The notes under the pieces: generated by a model
Databases searched by the model: none
What the model saw: only the letters and a program-made list of their open reading frames with translations
What the model was told of the DNA's origin: nothing
Made by a program: the position numbers and the translations under genes
Shown here: in pieces, positions 18,223-27,286 of the stretch
How the letters are laid out: the number at the start of each line of letters is the position of its first letter
Numbering within the stretch: the first letter of the stretch is position 1
Assembly (NCBI GenBank): GCA_037443185.1
Contig: JBBIOV010000004.1
Coordinates: forward strand, 1-60,779
Direction of reading: 5' to 3'
Source of the DNA: a bacterium
GTDB lineage: Bacteria; Patescibacteriota; Minisyncoccia; 2-01-FULL-47-10; JBBIMT01
DNA: 60,779 nt

Positions 18223-20799
18223 TTACTGTCGCAGACGCGGTTCAACGCGTTTTAATAAAACAGCGTTAATTGCCACGATAATAGAAGAAGCTGACATTAA
18301 AAAAGCTGAGATTTCAGGCCGCAGCGACCAGCCAAAGATATTATAGAAAACGCCGGCTGCAACAGGAATTGAAAGCAGATTATAAATCGCAGCCCAAAAA
18401 AGATTTTGCTTCATTTTGTTTACTGTAGCCCTGCTTAAACGAATAGCCGCTACAATATCATAAGGATCAGATTTCATAAGTACAATGTTACCAGTTTCAA
18501 TTGCCACATCTGTACCGGCGCCAATTGCAATGCCGATATCAGCTTGCGCCAAAGCAGGAGCATCATTAACGCCATCACCAACCATTGCCACAAATTTGCC
18601 CTCTTCTTGAAGTTTTTTTACCCATTTAGCTTTATCAGCTGGCAAAACCTCAGCGAAAACTCTTTCAATCCCAAGCTCTTTGGCAATAGCTTTAGCTGTT
18701 CGTTCATTATCGCCAGTCATCATTATAATTTTTAGTCCCATTTTTTTAAGCTCATCTACTGTTTTTTTAGAATTTTCTCTTAAAGTATCGGCAACAGCAA
18801 TTAACCCTATTATTTCATTATCAAGAGCCAAAAGCATTACAGTTTTGCCTTCTTTTTGAAGTTTTTCAATTTTTTTATTAATCTGGTCGTTGATTTTAAT
18901 TCGATAATTTTTCATAAGCTTCTGATTACCCAAAAGCACTAAGTTCTTAGCATCAACTGCCTTGCCATAAAGTCCAAAACCAGATTCTGCCTTAAATTCA
19001 GCAATATCTGGTTGAAAACCTTTAAAAAACTTAGCCTTCTTTTGGATTGTCTTATCAAAAGAATTAAATGACTTTTCACCAAAACTAGCAGCAAGACCAA
19101 TTATAAATCCTTTTACTCCATAACCTGCCACGGCTTCAAATTTTGCGACATTTAGTAGTTCAATTTTATCTTTTACAGCTTTCTCAACAATAGTTTTTGC
19201 TAGCGGATGTTCGGAATGTTTTTCAATGGAAGCGGCAATTTGCAAAATTTTTTTTTGCATATCTTCGTTTTCTATATTTATAAAAGAAATAACATCTGTT
19301 ACTTCAGGTTCTCCTTTAGTAAGAGTTCCTGTTTTATCTAAAATAATAGCATTAATCTTTGAAGTTCTTTCAAGGGTAGCAGCATCTTTAATTAAAATGT
19401 TATGTTTAGCGCCAAGACCAGTTCCTACCGCAACTGCTGTTGGAGTAGCAAGTCCTAACGCATCAGGACATGCGATAACCACAGCGGAAACAGCAAAAGT
19501 TAAAGCAGTAATTAGTGAAGCGTCAGCGAAAAAATACCATCCTAAAAAAGCGGCAATTCCTGAACCAATAGCGACAATCACCAATACCGCTGCGGCTTTA
19601 TCAGCGATTCTCTGACCTGGCGCTTTGGAATTTTGCGCTGTTTGCACCATCTTGATAATTTGTGCTAGTACGGTTTCGCTACCAACTTTGGTGGCTTTAA
19701 ATTTAATTGAGCCTTGTTGATTAATTGAGCCGCCAATTACTTGGCTACCAATTTTTTTATGCACTGGCATTGATTCTCCGGTGACCAAAGATTCATCAAC
19801 ATATGTTTCTCCTTCAATAATTACGCCGTCAACAGGGATTTTATTGCCAGGCCGAATCACGACAATATCTCCTTTCAAAATTTCAGCGCTAGGAATTGTA
19901 ATTTCCTTGCCTTTACGAATAACTGTTGCTTTAAGAGGAATTAAGTCAAAAAGCACTCGCAAGGCTTCTGAAGTGCCACGACGAGAACGCATCTCCATCC
20001 AATGACCAAAAAGAACAAAGGTAACCAACGCCGCTGCGGCTTCATAAAAAGTTTCAGAGTCAGGTTTTAAAAAAGTTAATAAAGCGCTAAAAAAATACGC
20101 TGCCAGTACACCAGTAGCCACTAATACTGCCATATTTAACTGTCGAGCTTTTAAAGACCGATAAGAGCCGGTAATAAAAATTGAACCAGCCCAAAAAACA
20201 ACTGGGGTAGTAAGAATTAAAAGCAAGATATTAACGGGGAAAGGAGAAGGAAGTTGAAGCTTAAAATAATTTGTAGCAACCGGCGAGTAAAGAAATATTG
20301 GAATCAACAAAATAAACGAGATTAAAAACCGACGACGCATATCAGATTCCATTTTCCTGGCAATTTTAAAGTCAGACATCGCTGTTTCATGTTCTCTATG
20401 GGTTATTTTCGAAATTTCAAATTCTAAATCTTCTACTGGGGCGGTTTTTTTCTTCCTTTTTTCTTGAATTAATCCCATACCACATCCCGGGCATCGACCA
20501 GGCGTTAACTGTTTAACTTCTAGATGCATAGGACAAGTGTAAATTTTTTTTTCGCTAAAAGATTGCGCACCTTCTTTATGTTCGTTTTTTAAGTGCTTCA
20601 GTTTTTCATTAAGACTATATTCATATTGCTTTGCCTCCATAGTACAGCCACAATTTACAGATAATTTCTCAGCGCTACAACAAAGGCACTCCTTACCACA
20701 AGAGCAACTTGATTTTAGATTGCTATCATTTGAAAATTTTTTCTTAAAATTTTTTTGAGAGCACTGTTTGTGGTTCATAATTAAAAAATTATTAATCAT
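18223..20799 (-). CDS. copA: P1B-type heavy-metal (copper) ATPase
   Basis: TGES, CPD in the TM6 motif (CPDALGLATP), DKTGTLT, SEHPL, GDGVNDAPAL, YN and MxxSS motifs. N-terminal YTCPMH...CPGCGM domain. Confidence 0.93.
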   Translation of the reverse strand: MINNFLIMNHKQCSQKNFKKKFSNDSNLKSSCSCGKECLCCSAEKLSVNCGCTMEAKQYEYSLNEKLKHLKNEHKEGAQSFSEKKIYTCPMHLEVKQLTPGRCPGCGMGLIQEKRKKKTAPVEDLEFEISKITHREHETAMSDFKIARKMESDMRRRFLISFILLIPIFLYSPVATNYFKLQLPSPFPVNILLLILTTPVVFWAGSIFITGSYRSLKARQLNMAVLVATGVLAAYFFSALLTFLKPDSETFYEAAAALVTFVLFGHWMEMRSRRGTSEALRVLFDLIPLKATVIRKGKEITIPSAEILKGDIVVIRPGNKIPVDGVIIEGETYVDESLVTGESMPVHKKIGSQVIGGSINQQGSIKFKATKVGSETVLAQIIKMVQTAQNSKAPGQRIADKAAAVLVIVAIGSGIAAFLGWYFFADASLITALTFAVSAVVIACPDALGLATPTAVAVGTGLGAKHNILIKDAATLERTSKINAIILDKTGTLTKGEPEVTDVISFINIENEDMQKKILQIAASIEKHSEHPLAKTIVEKAVKDKIELLNVAKFEAVAGYGVKGFIIGLAASFGEKSFNSFDKTIQKKAKFFKGFQPDIAEFKAESGFGLYGKAVDAKNLVLLGNQKLMKNYRIKINDQINKKIEKLQKEGKTVMLLALDNEIIGLIAVADTLRENSKKTVDELKKMGLKIIMMTGDNERTAKAIAKELGIERVFAEVLPADKAKWVKKLQEEGKFVAMVGDGVNDAPALAQADIGIAIGAGTDVAIETGNIVLMKSDPYDIVAAIRLSRATVNKMKQNLFWAAIYNLLSIPVAAGVFYNIFGWSLRPEISAFLMSASSIIVAINAVLLKRVEPRLRQ

Positions 20800-20866
20800 T
20801 TATTTTATTTAAAAGTTCGCTCCAAAATTTTACCAAATTGTTATTGTGATAATCTAGAGCCTGGTT

Positions 20867-21139
20867 TTATCTTTTAGATAAAGTATAAATTTTAACGAGT
20901 TCTTTTATTGCTTTTTCTGCCTCGGTCTTTTTCTTCATTTGGTGTTTAATATGACTGCGCAAATGATTTTCCAGCAAAAAAGCATCAAGACTTTGAAGCG
21001 ATTTTTGGATAGAAAGTGACTGCTCTAAAAGCTCAGCGCAGTAAAGTTCTTTTTCTATCGCCTTAATAAGCCCAGAAATTTGTCCTTGAATAATTTTAGC
21101 GCGGTGCAACGCTCTTTTTTTGAGTTTTTGATTGACCAT
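20867..21139 (-). CDS. csoR: CsoR/RcnR-family metal-sensing repressor
   Basis: R...I.GQ..G, C34, H59, H63. Directly upstream of copA. Confidence 0.88.
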   Translation of the reverse strand: MVNQKLKKRALHRAKIIQGQISGLIKAIEKELYCAELLEQSLSIQKSLQSLDAFLLENHLRSHIKHQMKKKTEAEKAIKELVKIYTLSKR

Positions 21140-21164
21140 AAAATAAATTTCAGTAATTTAATAT

Positions 21165-21193
21165 ATCTTATACCCCTATAACCTATTTGTCAA
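21165..21193 (-). promoter_or_regulatory. csoR-copA promoter with a G-tract operator-like spacer
   Basis: TTGACA-aataggttataggggta-TAAGAT (17-nt spacer). GGGGTATA resembles a CsoR operator half-site. Confidence 0.6.
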
Positions 21194-21327
21194 TAGAAAC
21201 TTTGAAATTAAAAATAAAAAATTAACTTTAATAATGTATCAAAATTTTAAAAGTCAAAACTTTAAGAGATTTCTTTTATACTGAATATTATCTTTACTTA
21301 AATAAAAAAAATGCTAAAATTAAAATA

Positions 21328-21831
21328 ATGGATTTTTATACTTTATTTAAAATAAGTCATATCATTGGAACAGTGCTAGGCGCTGGAGGTGCGACTTTCG
21401 CTGAAGTTTTATCTTATCAGGCCCTAAAAGATAAAAAGGTATCAGAAGAAGAATCAAATGTATTAAAAATAACTTTTTTTATTTTAAGAATTGGGTTATT
21501 TTTGACAGTAATCTCTGGATTCGGATTTTTAATTTTATGGCGGTTAGGTAATTTTGGTCCAGCGTATTTTTATAACGAAAGATTTTTATCAAAAATGTTG
21601 ATTGTCGCAATTATTATGTTAAACGCCCTAGCAATGCAATTTAAAATTATACCAACCTCAATTGGTAGCCCGATTTCATTAATTTCCTGGTATAGCGCTT
21701 TAATTTTAGGCTCATGGCGTTCGCTTAATATATCTTTTATTACAATTATTCTATTTTACATCGTAATGGTTATTGTGGCTTATTATTTTTTGAATTTTAT
21801 AAAAAATAAAAACAATAAAATTTCTACTTAA
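21328..21831 (+). CDS. 4-TM membrane protein, His in TM1
   Basis: Hydrophobic 167-aa ORF with SHIIGTVLG. TTTACT-16-TAAAAT lies 7 nt upstream. Confidence 0.75.
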   Translation: MDFYTLFKISHIIGTVLGAGGATFAEVLSYQALKDKKVSEEESNVLKITFFILRIGLFLTVISGFGFLILWRLGNFGPAYFYNERFLSKMLIVAIIMLNALAMQFKIIPTSIGSPISLISWYSALILGSWRSLNISFITIILFYIVMVIVAYYFLNFIKNKNNKIST

Positions 21832-21850
21832 TAAAATTTTATTTTTCTTT

Positions 21851-22309
21851 ATGTCACCTTTACTTGTATTTTTTCTTTCATCTCACATTTTTCTTGGTAT
21901 AATCGCAATAGCTTTTTTTTTCAGTGTTACAATGAATCTCTTAAAAAGAGAGGTAAATTTATTCTCACTTAAAAGAAACTCTTTTGGAGGGTTGCTTGCT
22001 TTTATTTTATCTTGGCTTACCGGAGGTTATTATTATGTCTTTTACTATGGAGATAGTGTCAAGCCAATTATTAAACAGGGGCTTTATTCTTGGGCACATA
22101 ATTTTATAATGGAATTAAAAGAACACATTTTTTTATATCTTCCCTTTTTGGCTTTTATTGTTTTTATAGCTTCATATTTAATGCAAGATAAATTAAAGGA
22201 AAATGAAAATTTAAGAAAAAGTCTTGCCATGTTGTCATTGACGATCTTTATTTTAGGATTGTTGATTGCTTTTATGGGTATCATTATTTCTGGAGCGGTA
22301 AAAAAATAA
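21851..22309 (+). CDS. 4-TM membrane protein with several His residues
   Basis: SHIFLG and WAHNFIMELKEHIFL motifs. Confidence 0.75.
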   Translation: MSPLLVFFLSSHIFLGIIAIAFFFSVTMNLLKREVNLFSLKRNSFGGLLAFILSWLTGGYYYVFYYGDSVKPIIKQGLYSWAHNFIMELKEHIFLYLPFLAFIVFIASYLMQDKLKENENLRKSLAMLSLTIFILGLLIAFMGIIISGAVKK

Positions 22310-22340
22310 ATCGGCTTTTTAAAATAATTTTTTAAACCAA

Positions 22341-22664
22341 TTGTTTATGACAAAACTCCAAGCACTCATTTTTGGCGCAATAATAACAATAATTTTTTTA
22401 ACCTTAATAATAATTACAGCGGATTTATATTCGCCTTTAAAAGATTTTTTAAAAAACACTTTTTACCATCATTGGATTGGAAAAGGAATTTTAGGAATAA
22501 TTGTTTTTTTAATTTCATCACTAATTTTCAATTTAATACCTTCTTCTCAGGATATAGATAATCAAAAAATTTCAAACAAACTTCTTTCTCTTTTTTTTAC
22601 AACTATTTTAAGCTTTTTAGTTTTAACCTTATTTTACTTTTACGAGGCTTTTATAAAAAAGTAA
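22341..22664 (+). CDS. 3-TM membrane protein with an HHW motif
   Basis: TFYHHWIGKG within a hydrophobic 107-aa ORF. Confidence 0.7.
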   Translation: MFMTKLQALIFGAIITIIFLTLIIITADLYSPLKDFLKNTFYHHWIGKGILGIIVFLISSLIFNLIPSSQDIDNQKISNKLLSLFFTTILSFLVLTLFYFYEAFIKK

Positions 22665-22750
22665 TAAATTTTTATCTGCTACTTTTATATTTTTAAAAAA
22701 CATCTTGCTTTTGCAAGATGTTTTTAATTAGTTTATTTTTTAGGTTGCTA

Positions 22751-23326
22751 TTAAAAAAGCTTAAGCACATTCCACCAAGCAGCAATGTAATCAGCGCGTC
22801 GATTTTGGTATTTTAAATAATAAGCATGCTCCCAAACATCAAGTCCAAGAAGGGGAGTATGGTTTTTTAAATAAGGAGAGTCTTGATTTGGCAAAGAATA
22901 AACTAATAATTTTTCGTTTTCATCGCGTACAAGCCATACCCACCCAGAACCGAAATGAGACAAGGCGGTTTGGCTAAATATCTTTTTAAATTCATCTAAA
23001 GATTTAAATTCTTTTTCTATTTCTGAAATTAAATTTTTATCTAACTCTTTTTTAGGAGCCATAATCTGCCAAAATAAAGTATGATTTAAATGTCCTCCTC
23101 CGTGATTAATTATTTGCTGGCGGATATCTTCAGGGACGCTTTTGATATTGCGTAAAAGATATTCAAGATTTTTTTCCTGCAGCACTGGATATTTGTCAAG
23201 TGCTTTATTTAAATTATCAATATAAGCTTGATGATGCTTTGTATGATGAATTTCCATTGTTTGTGCATCAATATATGGCTCAAGCGCATTATAAGGATAA
23301 GATAATGAAGGTAATGTGTATTTCAT
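22751..23326 (-). CDS. sodA: Superoxide dismutase (Mn-type signature)
   Basis: HHTKHH, GGGHLNH, FGSGW.W, NQD, LDVWEHAYY. Start trimmed to MKYTLP. Confidence 0.95.
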   Translation of the reverse strand: MKYTLPSLSYPYNALEPYIDAQTMEIHHTKHHQAYIDNLNKALDKYPVLQEKNLEYLLRNIKSVPEDIRQQIINHGGGHLNHTLFWQIMAPKKELDKNLISEIEKEFKSLDEFKKIFSQTALSHFGSGWVWLVRDENEKLLVYSLPNQDSPYLKNHTPLLGLDVWEHAYYLKYQNRRADYIAAWWNVLKLF

Positions 23327-23547
23327 AGTATTTAAATTAATAATTAAATTCAAAAATCATTGTTGACTACATTATACTCCTAAAATCATCTTTAGATCAA
23401 TAAATTTTACCAATAAAAGCGTCTTAAGTAAAGTTTAGTCTTTATAGCTTTTTAGGCAATAAAATAAAAAAACATATTGACATTAAAAAATTAAAAGTTA
23501 AACTAAAAATACATTTTAGCCAGTTCTTTAACAGGAGGGTTAGTATT

Positions 23548-23949
23548 ATGAAACAGGCTACATTAAAGCTACCGTTAAAAATGGTGAAAAAGGTGTTTCG
23601 GCAATTAAACCCAAAAACGGTCATAAAAATATCTAAGATCAAATCAGTAAGTCCTCAATTAGTTAAAAAAGTATCTGAAATGACAGCTGACGAAATTTAT
23701 GGAGGCGTAAGAGACGATAAGTACCTGCAAATTGTTTTTATAAATGGTACTTTGGAGATGAACGACAAAACACCGGTTAGATTTCAAGCAATATGTCGCT
23801 TGAAAAATCAGGGAGACGGTTGGAAACCGGATAATTTAGAAATTAGCTACGAAAATGAAGAAAATATCTTTTATAGATTTGAGCTAACTGTTTATCAAAG
23901 CAAAAAAAGAACAATAGTCTGTTACGAACCAGTAAAAGAAAGGAGATAA
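23548..23949 (+). CDS. Hypothetical protein
   Basis: 133-aa ORF with an AGGAGG SD and an upstream TTGACA-16-TAAACT (23477-23504). Confidence 0.65.
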   Translation: MKQATLKLPLKMVKKVFRQLNPKTVIKISKIKSVSPQLVKKVSEMTADEIYGGVRDDKYLQIVFINGTLEMNDKTPVRFQAICRLKNQGDGWKPDNLEISYENEENIFYRFELTVYQSKKRTIVCYEPVKERR

Positions 23950-23951
23950 AA

Positions 23952-24263
23952 ATGGATATTAAGGAAGAATATGAAATATTGTCTTCCTTGACAAAAAAGG
24001 AACTTCTTGAATCACTGGGGAAAGGATTGTGGATTCCTTGTTTATTGAAGTTAAACGAAGAAAAATATCGCGCTATAATAAGAATAGATAAGATGTCAGC
24101 TTTAGATAATGAGGGTGCAAGGCTTATGTGGGAATTTTGGGGATATATCAAAAACGATAAAGAGTTTATGATGAGAGGTCGATATAATTCAACAACAAAA
24201 AAGGGCACTTTATGGATAGTTGGGAGGGCTAAAAACTTCTCTTATAATCAAGACGGAAAGTAA
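23952..24263 (+). CDS. Hypothetical protein
   Basis: 103-aa ORF with an AGGAG SD, starting 2 nt after the previous stop. Confidence 0.65.
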   Translation: MDIKEEYEILSSLTKKELLESLGKGLWIPCLLKLNEEKYRAIIRIDKMSALDNEGARLMWEFWGYIKNDKEFMMRGRYNSTTKKGTLWIVGRAKNFSYNQDGK

Positions 24264-24264
24264 A

Positions 24265-24789
24265 TTAATTGCACTTGGGTCCGCGTGATAGAAAATTGAG
24301 CGCGGACTTTTTTTTATAAATAAAAAAAGGAATCAAAAATCCTAAAATAATTCCTCCTGCAATATCTAAAGGCCAATGTTCGCCAATAAAAATTCTACTA
24401 AACCCAATCAAAAAAGCTAAAATGAAAAATTTAAAGACTAAAATTTTATTTAATGTTGATTTATTTTTATGAAAAACAGAAAATAAAAATGCAAAAGCTA
24501 AAGCAAAAGCAACGCTTGTGTGCCCGGAAGGAAAAGAGGAAGCATTTAAATTAAATGGACGAGTCGCAATATTGAATATTTTAATAAATTGAGATATAAA
24601 CCAAGCAAATAAAGAACTGCCAAAAATAAAAAAGTAAACTTTAGGATTTAATTTGTTAAGAATAAGGGAAATAAAGACACCAAGAATTAACAAAAAAATA
24701 AGATACTCAGCAAAAAAAATGCCAATTAAATCTAAAAAGACATTTTCTCCATAAAAACCATAAATTATATTAAAAAGATATTCATTCAT
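24265..24789 (-). CDS. PAP2-family membrane phosphatase (undecaprenyl-PP phosphatase-like)
   Basis: K-x6-RP, SFPSGH and SR-x5-H-x3-D motifs. Confidence 0.9.
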   Translation of the reverse strand: MNEYLFNIIYGFYGENVFLDLIGIFFAEYLIFLLILGVFISLILNKLNPKVYFFIFGSSLFAWFISQFIKIFNIATRPFNLNASSFPSGHTSVAFALAFAFLFSVFHKNKSTLNKILVFKFFILAFLIGFSRIFIGEHWPLDIAGGIILGFLIPFFIYKKKSALNFLSRGPKCN

Positions 24790-24806
24790 TAAAAGTGTAT
24801 CATTTT

Positions 24807-25760
24807 TTATTTATCGCTTAATTTTAATATCGCTTCTGCAGTTTTATTAGGATCATGTCGAATGAGGTCTTTTTGGGTTATCAAATCAGTTTCTATTATT
24901 TTTATAGAATAAGACGAGAGATCGTTTTTTACTAAAATTGAGTTTTCCTTGCCATATTTTTTAAGTCGCGTTTTAGATGGTTTTTTACTGTTAAATAAAA
25001 TAAAATCTAAAATGTTTTTCCCTAAATATTTTTCAAGTTCCTTTAAAAAATCGCTTAATTTAAAATTTGTCGTTTCTCCGTATTTTGTCATTAAATTAGC
25101 AACATAAATCTTTTTTGCTTTTGATTTTTTTATTGCTATTGGAATGCCTTTAACTAATAAATTCGGAATAATGCTTGTAAAAAGGTCGCCTGGTCCAATC
25201 ACTATTAAATCTGCTTTTTTAATTGCCAAAATCGCTTTAGGGTTAGCTTTGGGCTGGGGTTTTAAAAAAACTTTTTTGATTCTTAGATGGCCGTTATGTC
25301 TGGGGATATCAATGTTGGTCTCTCCGGCAATTTCACTCCCATCTTCTAAAATTGCGTGAAGTTTTATGTCTTGAAGTGTCACAGGAATAACCTCGCCTTT
25401 TATATTTAATAAAGTGCCAGCCAACTGAACCGCCTTTTCAAAATTACCCGTAACTTGCTCCAAGGCACTTAAAAAAATATTGCCAAAATTATGGCCAGCA
25501 AGTTCTCCTTTAGCAAAACGATAATTAAATAAATCAAGCCAATGCTTTTCGGATTGAGAAAGAGCAATAAGGGCACGCCTAATATCTCCAGGCGGCAATA
25601 CTCCCAAATCACTACGCAATCTACCAGTTGACCCTCCATCATCAGCCATAGATACAATTGCTGATAAATGGACTGGATATTTTTTAAGTCCAGTTAAAAC
25701 TTGGAATATTCCGGTAGCGCCGCCGATAACCACAATATTGGCAGTCTTTTGTTTTGACAT
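24807..25760 (-). CDS. yvcK: YvcK/GlmR (UPF0052, CofD-like) protein
   Basis: IGGATG, DDGGSTGRLR...LPPGDIR, GHNFGN, GPG.L.TSI.PNLL, NLMT..GET, RHD. Confidence 0.93.
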   Translation of the reverse strand: MSKQKTANIVVIGGATGIFQVLTGLKKYPVHLSAIVSMADDGGSTGRLRSDLGVLPPGDIRRALIALSQSEKHWLDLFNYRFAKGELAGHNFGNIFLSALEQVTGNFEKAVQLAGTLLNIKGEVIPVTLQDIKLHAILEDGSEIAGETNIDIPRHNGHLRIKKVFLKPQPKANPKAILAIKKADLIVIGPGDLFTSIIPNLLVKGIPIAIKKSKAKKIYVANLMTKYGETTNFKLSDFLKELEKYLGKNILDFILFNSKKPSKTRLKKYGKENSILVKNDLSSYSIKIIETDLITQKDLIRHDPNKTAEAILKLSDK

Positions 25761-25764
25761 AAAA

Positions 25765-25836
25765 CGGGAGCGGCAGGACTCGAACCCGCAGTCCCACTTT
25801 TGGAGAGTGGTGGTTTACCAATTAACCAACGCTCCC
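25765..25836 (-). tRNA. trnW: tRNA-Trp(CCA)
   Basis: Acceptor stem GGGAGCG/CGCTCCC, anticodon arm CCACT-ctCCAaa-AGTGG, GGTTCGAGTCC T-loop. The 3' CCA is not encoded. Confidence 0.95.
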
Positions 25837-26052
25837 TGATAGAACTATTAAGCAACAAATTTAAGAGATTTGGATTATTTTATCTCAAAAATCAACAAAA
25901 GTCAAAAAATGCCCTTTGGCTTTAAAGCAATAGGCTTTTAAGTAACAATTTCTTATAAGTAATGATTTAACAAAGATTTGACAGTTCTAAAATCTTCAAA
26001 AATTACTTTAATTTTTTTTAACACCAAATAGCATAATAACTTCAACATTTTC

Positions 26053-26442
26053 TTACTCCATTCTTAAAATTTGTTTGACTTTTGCCAAAATTTCATCTGG
26101 AGTATAATGTGCTTTAACAAGAAAATCAGCTGCACCCATATTTAAGCCCCTTTGAATTTCTTCTTTTTGTCCTAAATTAGATAAAATTATAACCGGAACT
26201 TTTTGAGTTCGTGGGTCATTTTTTAATTCTTCTAAAACCTCAAAACCGTCTTTTTCAGGAATTATTAAATCAAGCAAAATAATCGCCAAAGATTCTTTTT
26301 TTGCAATTTCTAAGGCTTTTTGTCCATTTTCAGCTTGCAAAACATCAAAGCCAAAATCGCTCATTTTTTTAACAACTAACTCTCTTAAAAAATTATCATC
26401 CTCAACTATCAAAATTTTTATTTTTTCATTTTCCATTTTCAA
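26053..26442 (-). CDS. Stand-alone response-regulator receiver protein
   Basis: ILIVEDD, ILLD, DG, ILSN and FLVK receiver motifs. No output domain. Confidence 0.9.
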   Translation of the reverse strand: MKMENEKIKILIVEDDNFLRELVVKKMSDFGFDVLQAENGQKALEIAKKESLAIILLDLIIPEKDGFEVLEELKNDPRTQKVPVIILSNLGQKEEIQRGLNMGAADFLVKAHYTPDEILAKVKQILRME

Positions 26443-26474
26443 AAATATTAAATTTCATTTTTTCTCTATCTTAT

Positions 26475-26846
26475 CTATAAATATTTATTAATTTTTTCCA
26501 CTACTTCTTCTGGATTAATCTCAGCTTTTATGATAAAATCTTTGGCTCCAAGCTCAATCGCTTTATCAAGTTCAACTTTTTGTCCAGAATTTGATATAAT
26601 GATAATAGGAATTGATGATTTTCCTGTTTCTTTTAATTTTCTCATTACCTGAAACCCATCAAGTTTAGGCATTACAATATCTAAAAGAAGAAGGTGCGGA
26701 TTAAATTCATTAATTTTTTTTAACCCCTCTTCTCCATCAAAAGCTTGAGCTACTTCAAAACCTGTTCCTTTTAATTTTTTCGCCAAAAGATCAGAAAGTA
26801 TTATTTCATCCTCAATAATTAATATTTTTTTAAATCCGGTACTCAT
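26475..26846 (-). CDS. Stand-alone response-regulator receiver protein
   Basis: ILIIEDE, LLLLDIVMPKLDG, IISN, DFIIK. TTGACT-18-TATAAT lies 7 nt before the ATG. Confidence 0.9.
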   Translation of the reverse strand: MSTGFKKILIIEDEIILSDLLAKKLKGTGFEVAQAFDGEEGLKKINEFNPHLLLLDIVMPKLDGFQVMRKLKETGKSSIPIIIISNSGQKVELDKAIELGAKDFIIKAEINPEEVVEKINKYL

Positions 26847-27014
26847 ATTAAAAATTATAATATATTTTTTTAAGTTAAGTCAATGCTAAAAAACACTAAA
26901 GATTATTTAATATCAAATTTAAATCAAATTTAAAAATCGCCAATATTGCAAAACATCAATTGTTTCTCTCTATCATAAAACAACTAACACAAAAAAATTA
27001 TTCTTTAAAAAGTA

Positions 27015-27043
27015 TTGACAAAAAATAACTTATCTGCTAAAAT
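27015..27043 (+). promoter_or_regulatory. sigma70 promoter facing a non-coding hairpin
   Basis: TTGACA-17-TAAAAT with an extended -10 TG. No ORF downstream on the + strand. Confidence 0.7.
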
Positions 27044-27095
27044 AAATAGCTTAAGCAAGATAGGGAATGTTTTAAAATTTAATGTACTTTATACA

Positions 27096-27270
27096 AAAGA
27101 TATATTTTTTAGCTCGCAGGCAATTTTGGAGTATAAAATAGAACGTGGATAAGCCGGCTTTGCTTTTTAAAAAGTCAAATGCTGTCTTAATCCTTTAGTT
27201 TACTCCACCCTTGAGAGTTGTCCATACCTCAAGTCCTACCCTTTGCCTGCGAACTTAAGAATATATCTTT
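27096..27270 (+). ncRNA. ssrS: Probable 6S RNA (long irregular hairpin)
   Basis: 27096-27123 pairs with 27243-27270. Inner helices GGAGTA/TACTCC and GGAT-AAG/CTT-A-ATCC; side hairpin CTTGAG/CTCAAG; 175 nt; promoter upstream. Confidence 0.55.
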
Positions 27271-27286
27271 AACTTTATATCAAAAA

